Part shown: in pieces, positions 13,466-29,586 of the stretch
How the letters are laid out: each line of letters starts with the position of its first letter
How positions within the stretch are numbered: position 1 is the stretch's first letter
Origin: Eledone cirrhosa
Lineage: Eukaryota
NCBI GenBank assembly: GCA_964016885.1
Contig: OZ024751.1
Coordinates: 52,142,001-52,206,000 of the forward strand
Reading direction: 5' to 3'
DNA length: 64,000 nt
Notes under the pieces: model-generated
The model's database searches: none
The model's input: only the letters and a program-made list of their open reading frames with translations
Told to the model about the DNA's origin: nothing
Translations under genes and position numbers: made by a program

Positions 13466-13531
13466 ATATATATATATATATATATATATATAGGAACCTA
13501 TATATAGCTACCTATATATATATATATATAT

Positions 13532-13732
13532 ATAGGAACGAGTAGGACCCCGACGGCTGAGCTCAAGCCGTTTCGACGGCTAATTCTGGATGGCTAGTCC
13601 AGAATTAGCCGTCAAAACGGTTTGAGCTCAGCTGTCGGGGTCCTACTCATTCCTATTACCCACTCTACTACCCTAAGTATTGAGTACTTTGGTGCGTTAT
13701 GGTTCACCTGGTTCCTTACCACATTTCCTTCG

Positions 13733-13733
<1 letters not shown>
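13532..13733. mobile_element. Small foldback element: 59-bp arms, 7-nt loop (13532-13656), ~75-bp tail, set in (TA)n
   Basis: The arms differ by 4 transitions. It contains the 3' half of a hammerhead-like motif (GAAACggct-tgagctc-agccGTC on the minus strand of the left arm). Confidence 0.75.
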
Positions 13734-13777
<44 letters not shown>

Positions 13778-16336
13778 TGTAATAAACAACATAAGGCAAT
13801 TATTCCATTTACCAGTGGTTTTTCCTGGACTTTTCTGACAGAATTACTTCATTTACACATAGATATATATATATATATATATAAAGAATTGGAAGTTTGA
13901 AAGCTATGACAATGCGAAATGGACAAATAAATAAATAAACCAGTTGGATGAAACAAGAAGTGTTTTTACCTTAATTTATTTATGTCCTGATAGTTCGAGA
14001 TTAAAATCTCTTCTGAGGAAAATAAAGGGGCTAATCCAGCATATCTTAGCTTGATCTATGAATCTCAAAGACTATATCTTAGCTTGATCTATCAACCTTA
14101 AAGACATTGTCTTAGTTTGATATCCTAGCAATAGTTTATTGATTAGTAACATTTAGTTATTACATTTTAAATTATATGGACATTGTCTGATCTGGGGTTT
14201 ACAGAAAGGTTAAAGTAAGTATATTTACTTCTGGGAATATTTCATATCTGGGACAAATTGGAACATTAATCCTATGGATTTTCACAGTATTCTTTATATA
14301 GAGACTTGATCTGTTATTAGGATTTTAATATGTTTGAGGGGAAAGCTGAAGGAATTAAAGCTTGTGATGAAAGAGTAGCTAGTATCAGGGTGGAAAATGT
14401 TACCTCTGTTAGAATAACTGACAAATTGGAGATGTTTAATCAGTGGGAGCTCCCACTGGGTGACCCAGAATCTGACATATAATGTTCAACTAGAACCCTA
14501 GTAACCTTTACACAGCATCGGCTACTTGTAGACAACATTTGAACTAGCAAAGAAAAAGAATTAAATAAATAAAACAATTTTAACATACTACATCCGTCTT
14601 AAAAAGTAGTAAAGTACTTGTAAAGAATTGCTCCACTAGTAGTGTGTAGCAGCTGTTAAAGCTACTATTGTGTAAATAACAATGAAAACTACCCAGACAA
14701 GTATGACAATCTTCTCTGTAATTTACGTCAAATAACATTCTTAACTCCTTCCTTTAACCCTTTAGCATTTACATTATTCTATATTTACTATTGTATTTTT
14801 ATGAAAAAGGCTTCATCTCACCTAATTATCTCTCATAATATCGAATCTACAAGATTTTGATATTATTTATTTTGAGAACAATACCTTAACATCAGTATGA
14901 GTGGCTGGTTACAGCCGGTTTGAACAAAAAGAGATGAGAGAATTCTGGCCAGACATGATCGGTTTAAATGCTAAAGGATTAAATGCGAGATAGATAATTC
15001 TATAAGTTGATAAAACAGCAGTAAAGCATTCAGATATTTATTTAAAGCTCAAATGTGGTTTATTTTATATCCAGGATATAATTTACAGTTTGGTTAGTCT
15101 TGGACATTGAGTGAAATGGGTTTGCTGGGAGATGACATTGTATAAGAATTATGACAGGAATTGCTAACTGTTCACTTATAAGGCTGATATCAATAACATT
15201 TGTCAGATTACAGCTGTCATAGTAACACATCAGAAAAGAATATCTGGTGGATTTTATGAAAATTTCAATAGTGACTTTACACAGAAAGATGAAACTTCAT
15301 TCATTTAATCTTTGTTGTCGAGGCAAAATTGAATGAGATAGAAATCCTTGTATAAAAGACTAATTTTTAAAAGAAATAATACAAAAAAACAAAAAAAAAT
15401 TTTGTTTTGTTTTTGTTTTTTAAGTAGAAGTGTTATTTGGTTTTGTGAGAAATGATGTTTTGTTGACAGAAAAATCAATGAATACATTCTCCAGCATTAT
15501 TGAGAAATCTTCCGTAGTCTTTAGTTATCTATCAATGCCCAAACACAAATAAGAACATTGTTTATTAAAGACTGAAATCATTGGCAACAGCTATCTATTC
15601 TCAATGATTCCATTAGTAGTCCAGAATCTGATCCCTGGGGAATTCCTGGGTATTCAAATATTTGAAGTGGCAGTCACAACAGTTGGAAAACATTATGGAA
15701 CTGTGTACATGAAAGGTAGTGATAGGTTTTGGAGAGAAGAAAAAAATCTAACCTTCTGACTTCCTTACAAAGGTAATGGAAATACTGATTCAAAGATAAC
15801 TGGAATAGTAAGGGGAGGGGGTTATACTATTGAAAAACGATATCAGCATAGTGTTCTTGAAGTAGATAACACACATATATATATATATCAAAATACTTTT
15901 GATATATATGTATATATCAATATATATATATATCAATATATATATATGTATCTCTATCTATCTATATATAATAAAGAAATCTCTCTCTCTATATATATAT
16001 AATTAGAGAGAATCGCTTTGTTGCCAGCAGAAGTAACAGGTCTCTGAACTATTTCAAGGCTTTTCTTACTCAATGTTTTCAGAACATCCTCCAAATCACC
16101 TGGATAACAGAAGCTATCAACTACTTCTAGATAGCTCTTCAGACATTTGAATAATGAGGATTACTGGATATATGAACAATCTGTGAAATTTGCGTTTCAT
16201 AAATTTATGGTTTGCACAAGAGAAACCCTATAGTTTATGTGGATTACTAATACATGGAAGTGATTAAAAATAAAAAATATTTTAATAATTTTATTTCTAG
16301 GATATAATTCCATAAGTATTCAGCATCATCATCATC

Positions 16337-16650
16337 GCCCCCCCCCCCCCCAATAAAAAACGGACCTCAAAATAAAAACGGATCCCTTCCCAAATAAAAA
16401 ACGGACCCCCCCCCCAATAACCCCCCCCATAAAAAACGGACCCACCCCAATAAAAAACGAACCCCCAACCCCCAATAAAAATCGGACTCCCCCCAAATAA
16501 AAAAACCGATCCCCGCCAAATAAAACACAGATCTCCCTCGAAATACAAAACGGACCCCCCCCCCCCAATAAAAAAAGGATTATTGTGGGTAAATGGTGGG
16601 TAAATGATTGTGGGTAAAATGGTGGGTAAATGATTATTGTGGGTAAAGTG
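16337..16650. repeat. C/A-rich ~19-bp minisatellite (cccccaataaaaaacgga) followed by gtgggtaaat repeats
   Basis: Directly visible. Explains the Gly/Phe-rich minus-strand ORFs. Confidence 0.8.
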
Positions 16651-16659
16651 GTAGTTAAA

Positions 16660-16780
16660 ATAATAATTGTTTCTACGTTAGGCACAAGGCCAGCAATTAC
16701 CCAGTGCATTACTGGTACTTTATTTTATCGACCCCGTAAGGATGAAAGGCAAAGTTAACCTCGGCGGGATTTGAACTCAA
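16660..16780 (-). mobile_element. Partial copy of the 4538-4922 SINE
   Basis: ggcacaaggccagcaattacccag...cctcggcgggatttgaactca. Confidence 0.8.
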
Positions 16781-17119
16781 TTAAAATAATAATAATGGGT
16801 AAAATTGTGGGTAAAATAATGATGGTGGGTGAAATCAAGAAAGGGAGAAAGAGGGTAGGAAGTGGAGTAAAGGGGGCGGGGGAAGAATGGGTTGGAAGAA
16901 GGAGAGGAAAAACATCAAGGGAAGGAAGGATGGAAAAGAGGAGGGAAGACAGCAGGTTAAAGAAATAGGGAAAGAGAGGTTAAAAAATGCGGAAAAGTAG
17001 GGAAGAGGGGTAAAGAGGGATACGAATTGTGAAAGTGTGAGAAAGAGGCGGAAAAGGGTGTAATGAGGGAGAATCAACACCACGAGGTCAACCACAAGAC
17101 AATGAAGTCACGTAAAGTG

Positions 17120-18012
17120 ATGTGTGTTTCTTTCACAAGAAATTTGAAGCAAAAGATACCAAGTAACCATGTAGCTTCAATATCTCTTCACCATCGACTC
17201 CGGGAGAAACTCTAGGACCAACCACCAGTAAACACCCTGGTGGTCGGCAAACATGATCAACTGTCCTGTATGTCTATGATCAGATCTCCAGTCAGATTCT
17301 TAATCGATACAGAAGTAGAAGTCAGTGTCATCTCGACATCTGCAAACGACCTCAGTTATAGAGAGGGGAGTCAGTGGCAGCTGCCAATGATTCTACAATC
17401 AAAGGTTACAGATACCGTACTCTCTCCCTCCACAGAGGCTCACAGTAATATACATGGACATTCACCGTCGCTGATGCCCATCTGCCTATCATTGAAGCAG
17501 ACTTCCTTTGGGCTCACTCAGTGCTGGTCGATAATCAGGGGAGATGACTCTGTTTCTCTGGCAACATCTGCACGTGTGACTTTTCATATATCAAACGTCT
17601 CTGAGACCAAGAACGAGCTCTCGGAATTCCTTTTGAATTACCTGATTATCATGACATCTCCCAATCTAGAACTCACCACAATAAAGCACTACATTCCAAC
17701 CACCAGTTCTCCAGTACACAACCGTGTATGTCGTCTACCACCAGACAAATTTGCTATTGTGAACGTCATATTTGACAATATGGAAGCTTTCGGCATTGTT
17801 CATCGATCAAACCGTCCCTGGTCTTCACCTCTACAATAGACCTTGGCGACCCAGCAGGAATTATTGCCGTTTTAACAAACATACCTCACGCTACTGCTAC
17901 TTCATTCTGCATATACAAGGCTTCTCGGTTCAGTTAGCAGGGTGCTTGATTTTCTTCAAAATCTACCTCAACCGAGGTTATCATCAATTACCTGTACTAG
18001 ATGATAACATGT
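17120..18012 (+). pseudogene. Decayed Ty3/Gypsy gag-pol remnant (gag end, protease, RT N-terminus)
   Basis: CFFHKKF (gag end), FLIDTEVEVSVI (degenerate DTG protease), KHYIPTTSSPVHNRVCRLPPDK, SNRPWSSPL, WRPSRNY, KIYLNRGYHQLPV. Multiple stops and frameshifts; no LTRs seen. Confidence 0.8.
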
Positions 18013-18329
18013 AAATACAATTTAATACAAAAAGAAAAAGAAAATTTAGATTGAGAAGAAAGAATGGAATGTAAAATAAGAAAATATAAAAAAAAACGGA
18101 AAAAGAAAGATATGGCAAGGGCTCTAGTGTTTATAAATATACAAACACATATGGCGTTCCATTATGAGCAAGGCACGGCATGGCCAAATTCTGACCCTAA
18201 AGGTCTTGTCCAACTCACGATAGCACTGTAAAACAGATGATGATAATATTTATATGTTGTATATAATCTGATGTAAATGCTTCTCCACCCACTTATTCCT
18301 GAGAGGGTTGGGGGGGGGGGGGGAGAGTC

Positions 18330-18530
18330 CTCAAACACTCCTTCCAGCAGGTCCTGTCAGAAGCAACCATCTCCAACTGATCTGGCTGGATCCCCAAGTG
18401 AGACCAGCCAAGCTCTTGGATGTTATCCAACTATCTTGCTCTGGGTCTGCCCTTGGGTCTCTTACTGGTTGGTTTTGTCCGTAAAATCTGTCCAATGATT
18501 TTTTCCTGAGACATTCTCACCTCATGTGTC
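18330..18530 (-). mobile_element. Old RTE LINE C-terminal fragment
   Basis: The minus strand reads KRPKGRPRAR*LDNIQELGWSHLGIQPDQLEMVASDRTCWK. Confidence 0.6.
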
Positions 18531-20013
18531 TGTACTATTGGAGATGTGATGAATTAAAAAAAAAATTATTTATTTAATAGGTGAGAAACCTTATAAATGC
18601 TGACTCATTCTTGACGAGGACTTTTTAGAATATTAAAGTGTTTCAAATCTTATTTCTTTTTCTTGCAATATTTATTTAAGGATATTTACCTCATTTAATT
18701 AGTTTCAGCAGGTGTGTATGAATGTGTGTGTGTGTTTGTGTGAAAAAGTGTGTGTTTGAGAGAGAGAGGATGCCTGTATGTGTGAATGTGCCGGTGTTTG
18801 AGAGTTTGAGATAGTGTGTGTGTGAATGAAGTTTGCTGATCTCTCACTAAATTGTTATATAACAAGAAATGAGACCCAACCAACCAATTTTATAAAATAG
18901 TAGGAAATCAAACAATATATTATTGATGCATTAAAACTGAACACATGTCGACATAATAATATAATAATGAAGTAATGCTAAACATTGATGTCACAACTGA
19001 AGTGTCCTCCCAATCCTTTGTTTGGCAGGCTTTCTATGGCTGAATGCCCTTCCTACCACTGTCCACTTTACAGCATGTACTGGGTGCATTTAAGGTGTAG
19101 ATTACCAATACTAGGGAGGCTGTCATGTCTTTGACATGTGCATTTTCTTCTGTCATGTCTTTGGCACAACAGCAGAAAAGGCACAGTTACATAACATGTA
19201 CAGACAAATGTATCATTACCTTATCAGCTCCTGTGCTGGCAGTGCAATTTTGCATGTTTATGTAGTACTGCACTCAGGATGCCAGTTTGTGCAACAGAAC
19301 GGAGCCCACTCTGTTGATGATAACAAAACAAAGAATTGACAGGAACATTTTATGGGATTTTTTTACAACCAAAGGGGATTACATGCATTAAAATTTACAA
19401 CTAGGATTGAAAGGACAACAGATTGTGTATGTAAATGTGTGACACACGATGCCATATATATGTATGTATGTGTGTATGTGTGTGTGTGTGTGTCGTGTGT
19501 GTGTTGGCAATGCTTGGAGAAATCACTTGTCATTACTGTCGGCCATTGTATATCTTTAAGTACTCTTCTTTAATCATACAGCAGTGAGTATTGTCATATA
19601 TGTCAGGCGAGCTGATTCTAATCAAGATGAATATTGTTATTAATAACATTCTAATTAAACCAATCACTTTGGATGCATTGAACTAATAACTCCTGTTAGG
19701 CTTCATGGCTGCATTATTATTGTAGATAGAATTGTAGAAAAAAATCCCATTCAGACATGGCTGTGGGGTTTAAGGGGTTTGCTTCACAATTGCATCATAT
19801 GGGTTTTAGTTTAATTCTGTAACACCTCGGTCAAGTCTCTTTTACTATAATCTACGGTTGATAAATGCCTTGACGATGAAATATAGTTGTCAGAAACGTT
19901 GCAGAACCTTATTTGTGTGTTTCAATCGAGGGTCACCACAGTAAGTAAGGTACTGATGATTTCCTTTGAATGAAACAGTGCTAGTCCTGTAGAAGCCATT
20001 TCTATATAAAATT

Positions 20014-21677
<1,664 letters not shown>

Positions 21678-21680
<3 letters not shown>

Positions 21681-23418
21681 TCATCATCATCAACGTTTAA
21701 CGTCCGTGTTCCACTCCACGCTTGCATGGGTTTGGACGGGGGTAGTCCCACTTGAGGCAAGAGTGATTGTCTTGCTCGCATAGGACTGTCTGGCAGGTTT
21801 TCTACAGCTCGATGCCTTTCCTAACACCAACCACATTTACAGTGTGGGTCTGGGAGGTTTTTACCGTGTTGCCTACACGGCCACATTACAGCGTGGACTG
21901 TGTTTTTTTTTTGTCGTGACACCTACACGATCTCATTTGTTTCGGCCTGGATGGCGCAGCACCAACATAACTTTACATAGAACGGGGTGGTGTGGATGGG
22001 GTGGTGGTGGTGGCGGGACGGAGTGTATTTTGTTAGAGATGCCTACTGGCAAGGCGGGTCTTCTCTGTTACTGAGTACCGCCAAAGGTCTCGGTCCAGTG
22101 ACATTGTCTTGGAGAGGTGTAAGTGTGTGAGGTCGGAGTTTATCAGCTCGTCCCAGGTTTTTCTAGGTTTGCCTATTCCGTGCCTACCGTCTATCTTTAT
22201 TGCCCTGCACTTTGTTATACAGCTATCGACTTTCATGCGCATCACGTGTCCATACCAACGTAGCCTTCTCTCGAGTAAACAACATCTGATCCCTCTTATC
22301 TCTAATTTTTTCCTTAGTTCGTTTATGCTTTGCCGTTCACGTATATTACTGTTACACATCCAGCGGAGCATGCAAGCTTCGTTCCTCTCTAGTCTGCGTA
22401 TATCCTCTGCACACAATGCCCAGGTCTCACTGCCATGCAACATTGCTGTTCGTATGCAGGCATCGTACAACCTGCCTTTCATTTTTAGGGAGAACCCTTT
22501 AGCAGCTAATAGTGGTATAAGCTCTCTGAACTTTTTCCAACCAGTTCTGACTCTAGCTACAGTACTTTCAGAGCACCCTCCCCCACTGCTGATTTTATCG
22601 CCCAGGTAACGGAAGCTGTCCACTATTTCTATAGAACCCTCTGTGCAATTGAAAGAGCTAGTATTTTGTGGGCACTTGCTGCTACTTATTGCACCAGAAC
22701 ACCGGCCACATGTAAAATCTATGTTCTTAGTTAGCTTACCTGTGATCCCACTACATCTTTTATGCACCCATACTTTGCATTTAGGACATAAAATGGAGTT
22801 TCTACCTACGCCTTTCCTACACACCGAGCACGACCATTTCCCAGAAGGGACCGCCGCCTTGTTTTCTTTCCTACAAACTAGAACTTTGGTCTTAGCCAGG
22901 TTAATTTTAAGTCCTTTTAACTCTAGGCCGTGCTTCCATGTTTGGAATTTCTTCTCTAGCTCGGCCATTGATTCCGCTATGAGTGTCAGGTCGTCTGCGT
23001 ATAGGAGTTCCCATGGGCAGCCTGTCTTGAACTCCTCTGTTATAGCCTGAAGGGCAATAATAAATAGTAGGGGGCTGAGAACAGAGCCCTGATGGACGCC
23101 AACTTTTACGCTAAACTCTTCACAATATTCGTTGTTAATTCTAACCTTGCTGAATGTTTCTTTATACATGGCTTGTATAGCCCTCACAAGCCATTCGTCA
23201 ACGCCTAGTTTTCTAAGAGCCCACCAGATAATGGAGCGGGGGACTCTGTCGAAGGCTTTCTCCAGGTCGACAAAAGCTAAGTAGAGGGGTTTACCTTTAG
23301 CTAGGTACTTCTCCTGTAGTTGTCGTACTATGAAAAGAGCGTCTGTGGTGCTTTTGCCTGACACAAACCCGAACTGCATTTCATCTAGGTCAATTCTCTC
23401 TCTGATTAGTTGCGCTAA
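21678..23418 (-). mobile_element. 5'-truncated RTE LINE, family B (open RT frame 22033-23379, 3' UTR, (GAT)n tail)
   Basis: QFGF, FVDLEKAFDRV, GVHQGSVLSP, YADD, a C4HC3 finger and RRLRWYGHVMR. Confidence 0.93.
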
Positions 23419-24730
<1,312 letters not shown>

Positions 24731-25728
24731 TCATCATCATCATCATCATCACCGTTTTACGTCCGTTCTTCCACGCTAGCATGGGTTAGACGGGTTGTCC
24801 TGTTGTGGGCAGTGTCTGGTCGGCTGACCATGCCTTGCTCATACAGGAACTGATCTGGCTTGATTTCTACAGCTGGATGCCCTTCCTAACACCAACCTCA
24901 TTTACAGTGAGTGCTGGGTGCTTTTTCGTGGCACCTACACGTCTACTTTACAGTGTGGGCTGGGTGCTTTTTTGCCGTGGCACCTCCACGGCCACCTTGC
25001 AGTGGGGGGGGGGGGGCATATTGTTTATATGCTTCAGCATGTACCCATGGGAGGTCGGGTACCCTGTATTACTGCGTGACGCCAGAAGTCACGGTCGTGT
25101 GTCATTGACTTTGAGAGGTGTAGTTGGGTAAGGTCGGCTTTTATCACCTCATCCCAAGTCATCTTGGGTCTCCCCACTCCGCGGTTTCCATCAACTTCTA
25201 GTGCTCTGCACCTTTTTATGCAGCTGTCATCCTTCATACGCATCACATGTCCATACCAGCGTAACCGCCTCTCCTGCACGCAGCATTTGATTCCTCTTAT
25301 GCTCAGTCTCTCTCTCAATTCCTTTATGCTTTGTCGTTCACGTATATTACTGTTACACATCCATCGGAGCATGCAGGCTTCGTTTCTCTCTAATCTACGT
25401 AAGTCTTCCACCTTCAGCGCCCAGGTCTCACTACCATGCAACATCGCTGTTCGGATACACGCATCATACAGTCTGCCTTTCATTCTGAGGGAGAAGCCTT
25501 TTGCAGCTAGCAGTGGTAGTAGTTCCCTAAACTTCTTCCATCCCGTTCTTACCCTAGTTATTGTACTTTCTGAGCACCCACCTCCGTTGCTAATTCGGTC
25601 ACCTAGGTAGCAGAAGCTGTCTACTGTTTCTACAGGGCCCTCCCAGAGATTGGTGGTACTTGTTTCCTGTGGCTGTTTGCTTGCTGTTTCAGCACAGCTG
25701 CTGCATGTGAATCCTACATTCTTAATTA
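24731..25728 (-). mobile_element. 5'-truncated 1-kb copy of RTE family A
   Basis: Nearly identical to 48287-49284. The 149-aa translation is identical to the C-terminus of the 1039-aa ORF. Confidence 0.95.
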
Positions 25729-25836
25729 ATGTATATATATATATATATATAAGTATATATATATATATATATAAGTATATATATATATATATATAAGTAT
25801 ATATATATATATATATAAGTATATATATATATATAA

Positions 25837-25928
<92 letters not shown>

Positions 25929-25959
25929 CAGTAATCAAAGTTCAGTTTAAGTCATTTAT

Positions 25960-26008
25960 TTGCTTACAATTGTTTCCTCCAAACCGAGGTTTGGATTCTT
26001 CGGAGCAA
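25960..26008 (-). ncRNA. Variant minimal hammerhead in the Penelope terminal repeat
   Basis: ttgct CCGAAGA a tccaaac-ctcg-gtttgga g GAAAC aatt GTA^agcaa. The core has C at the U4 position. Confidence 0.65.
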
Positions 26009-27549
26009 CTATTTATAACATACTTGACCTCCTTTTCAACCCAAGAGACACATAAAACATATGCGCATATTGATCAACAGTGGGGTGACATTCATCAAAT
26101 GATATAGCATGGCAATTTACATATAAAGGTTACAGGATAAAAATAAAATAAAATAAAAACAAGAGTGAAAATAAGAGTGAAAATAAAGATAAACATGAAG
26201 CGTTGGCAGTCTATGAAGATAAAGCAAGAGGAAAGCTTAGAGTAGTCAGTGTATGAAACAATCTCCCGTGTAGCATGCACGCGTGTCTTATCTATACATG
26301 ATTAGAGTGCGTCAGAATGATATTTGCAGGGTCAGGCAGCTGAAGCAGGCAATCGATCTTATTATATAGGCTGAATTATTAAGTCATTTATTCTCATACA
26401 TCTGTATGATATACAGTCTCGGATGCGGGGAAACACCAAAATATGAAAAACCTTCAACATACTATAAACCTTATTGTATCGTAGGCAAGGTCGTACCACT
26501 GTCCTTGCTCACACCACCACTCACATAATCCATGAGACGCAATATATATATAGAGAACACGCGTCTATCGTATAGTTCGCAGTGGTTCAGCATATATTCA
26601 AGCTATAAACCGTATCCAGTCGGTTCTTAATTAATATATCATGCTGTCCATATTCCGGAAGTGCCTGAATGACTAAGGGGAATTAATGCGTAAGGGGAGG
26701 TAACTAGCTAGTTATTTTAGTTACATTACTATGCTAAACTACATTAATGGTGATTCAAATACGTGCCTATCATGTGAAGTTATAACTAATATCTAGAGTA
26801 TGTTACCCATTTATAGGTTAGAGAGTTGTCCATTAAGAAGTACAAGGGTGTATATATTAGGATGATTACCATCCATTAATTAAGGGGTGTCATATCTGAA
26901 CGTTCTATAAGAGGAGTCAGACTCTCAAGTCACTGCTCCATGCAAATGTAATATAACAGTAGGACCTGGTATGGTCCCACTATTATATATGCCACCCGGT
27001 AGGCTCCGGGTCATTGCTTGCCTGTATCTCCAGTAAATCTTCGGTATGGTCCGGAGATCCAATCTCTCATATAAATGCACTAGTCTGGCCATCAAGCAAT
27101 AGACAACCCCCGTCTCAAATATAAATCAATTATGTATCACATCTCCAAGCTAGAGTGGAGTCTATTAATAGGTATTAAAGGAGTCCACATCAAGATGATT
27201 ACGTGCATAATTCAATGAACTGATCGCTTACAGTATATAATCACTTAACAATACGATTATCTATCTAATCATCAATCTATCTCTTGGTGGTAATCCATGC
27301 ACAGGACTATGCTATCGCAACCAGTACCGTGTCCCCAATTTATACTAATCTTACATTTGTGCAATGCAGAATAAGAAGTCCACGGTCGAGATATCAGTAT
27401 TAGAGGTACAAGGGGGTATTCCCAGGGTAGGTGGTACTAAGATGCTGTCAGTATTATCTTTAGAGTATAGAGATGGGTGTGGATGTGAGGTGTAAGGTGT
27501 GCTACTGATGTTAATTGCTAGGGGTGGTGCCGGTTCCAGTCTGACATTA

Positions 27550-29196
27550 TTATATATAGGGTTTAAAGTTTTGGAACGAGTGTCGGAAGCGGTGTTGGCA
27601 ATTTGCGAACACTTCTGATTTTTTATTAAGGAGATTATGTTTAGAGATGATAGTATGGGTCTCTAGTAGACAGAGGTTACAAAATTTATCAGGTGGTTTG
27701 TACGATGTTGCACTACCTACCACTTCCCATTTAAGTGTATATATTTTATTTTTAGTTTTTAGATAGTGTATGTAGCTAGATAGTGAAGTGGAGTTGGCTA
27801 GACTGTGTTTTTTGAAAGAGTGGAGGTGCGAATTGTATCTAGTTTTGAAGCAGTTAGAAGTGGAGCCTATGTAGGTTTCAGAAGAGCTGTTAGTTGTGAC
27901 TGTACATGAGTATATGATATCCTTGGTTAAGCATTTTTTATCTAAAGGGCAGGTTCTACTTGATCTACAGTTACAATTACTCTGGGTGCTAGTCTGCCGG
28001 TTACTATGCTGTGTAGAAGTTTGGAGGTTAGCTATAGGGTTATGGTTATGCGGGTTGTGGTACGCAGTGTTAATGTTTACACTAGTGCTATTACTATTAT
28101 TTCCATTGATATTACGGTTATTTGTTATAATGTTACTTTGCCTGTTATTTTGAATGTTATTTTGAAGGTTTATCGACCGTTGTGATTTAGTTTGTTGGAA
28201 GTAAGAATTAATTTTTCTTTTATTTGTACTAGCTATGTGGTATGCCAAGTTAGGCGTAGTAGAGTATGAGATCTTAATAGTGTTTTTGTTTAAAAGGCCG
28301 TGGTACCTGTGGCCGGATGGGAAGTGTTTATCTAGTAGTGAGAAGAAAGCCCTAGGAAGGTTGGTAGAGACGTTTAAATTGAAAGGAGGGTTGAAAAATG
28401 TATTATTTCTTCTTCTATTTCTGTTTTTTATGTCTGGTGATTTGTTTCCTTTAATGTTCCTATGGTCATTTCTGTGGTGCGGGTTACTCTTGTTGTTACA
28501 ATCCCTATTAGTGTGTGTGCAGTTGCTATTCCTATTATTAAATTTTCCCATGGACATGTTGTGTGAAATGATGTTGTAGCTATGTGTTTTTGTAGGTAGG
28601 AACTCTATCCCTGTATTATGGCCTGATCTAGCTAATGCCTGATTATAATACTGCGAGTTATTGTTAAATGTGTTTATGTCATAGGATAGATTAGAGATTC
28701 TATTAGATACTCCCTTAGAGATAGAGTTCAATATAGATTTAGGGTGGTTAGACTTGGTATCTACGTAGATGAGTTTTTCATTAGGTTTGTGGAAAGGTGC
28801 ATATATCATTGAGTCTAAGTAGAGTGTGGCGTCTAGGAAGTTGACGTTTTTGGTGTTTTTGTCCATGGTAATACTAAGGTTAAAGTTTTTGAATGTTTTG
28901 TGCAATAGTTTTCTAGTCCTTTCTATATTGAATTTTTTATAGTCTATAAGTAGAAGTGCATCGTCGCGATACAAACCACCGCTGAAGTACGGAAGTTCCC
29001 TGTGGATTAGGTTAAGTAAGTATAGGCCAACCAAATCAGTGACCTGCGCCGAGTCACTAGACCCCATAGTAATGTCGAAGTTGTTTTGCATATCCTTGCG
29101 GGTCCATAATTGGTCCTCAAAGGTGATTATTGTTTTACGGGCCGCAAGTATGACATCAATCTGGGGTCTAGTCAAGTCACTATTGTCCATGGCCAT
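27550..29196 (-). CDS. Penelope-like RT-GIY-YIG polyprotein (partial; frame continues upstream to ~29460 across indels)
   Basis: FDITMGS, GLYRDD, NFLD, KP thumb motif, CNCRSSRTCPLDKKC, IIY...YIGSTSNCFKTRYNSH. The upstream QFDINSYYTSI is visible in the duplicate at 35504-35983. Confidence 0.88.
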   Translation of the reverse strand: MAMDNSDLTRPQIDVILAARKTIITFEDQLWTRKDMQNNFDITMGSSDSAQVTDLVGLYLLNLIHRELPYFSGGLYRDDALLLIDYKKFNIERTRKLLHKTFKNFNLSITMDKNTKNVNFLDATLYLDSMIYAPFHKPNEKLIYVDTKSNHPKSILNSISKGVSNRISNLSYDINTFNNNSQYYNQALARSGHNTGIEFLPTKTHSYNIISHNMSMGKFNNRNSNCTHTNRDCNNKSNPHHRNDHRNIKGNKSPDIKNRNRRRNNTFFNPPFNLNVSTNLPRAFFSLLDKHFPSGHRYHGLLNKNTIKISYSTTPNLAYHIASTNKRKINSYFQQTKSQRSINLQNNIQNNRQSNIITNNRNINGNNSNSTSVNINTAYHNPHNHNPIANLQTSTQHSNRQTSTQSNCNCRSSRTCPLDKKCLTKDIIYSCTVTTNSSSETYIGSTSNCFKTRYNSHLHSFKKHSLANSTSLSSYIHYLKTKNKIYTLKWEVVGSATSYKPPDKFCNLCLLETHTIISKHNLLNKKSEVFANCQHRFRHSFQNFKPYI

Positions 29197-29511
29197 TATA
29201 AGTGCCTTATTTAGTAGGATAGGGGAAATAGAGGTGTAGTAAGAGTTGATATCAAATTGAATAAATTTTTTTATCCTTGTTATCTATGATATTTTTGAAC
29301 CATTCAATCACTTCACCCGTATTTCCCCATTGCTTAAGGTAAATCTTGTGTTTAATCTGTGGGATGATTTTGTCTAGGATTTTTTTACTGATAATGCCAA
29401 TGTCAGACCTGGAGGGGCCAGATTAGTCTAATCGAGGGGTTGCTAATGAAGTCTTCATCAGAGAGAGAGAGAGAGAGGAAAAAGAGAGAGAGAGAGAGAG
29501 AGAAGAGAGAG

Positions 29512-29577
<66 letters not shown>

Positions 29578-29586
<9 letters not shown>

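Larger units (their letters stand above)
25925..29460 (-). mobile_element. 5'-truncated Penelope-like element, family 1, flanked by (GA)n on both sides
   Basis: RT + GIY-YIG ORF, a 1.6-kb 3' region and a hammerhead-like motif at the 3' terminus. Confidence 0.88.

Noticed and set aside
13985-14025. Possible decayed hammerhead on the minus strand (cagaaga...tcgaac) at an old element end
   Set aside because: Both core boxes are mutated and stem I is unconvincing.
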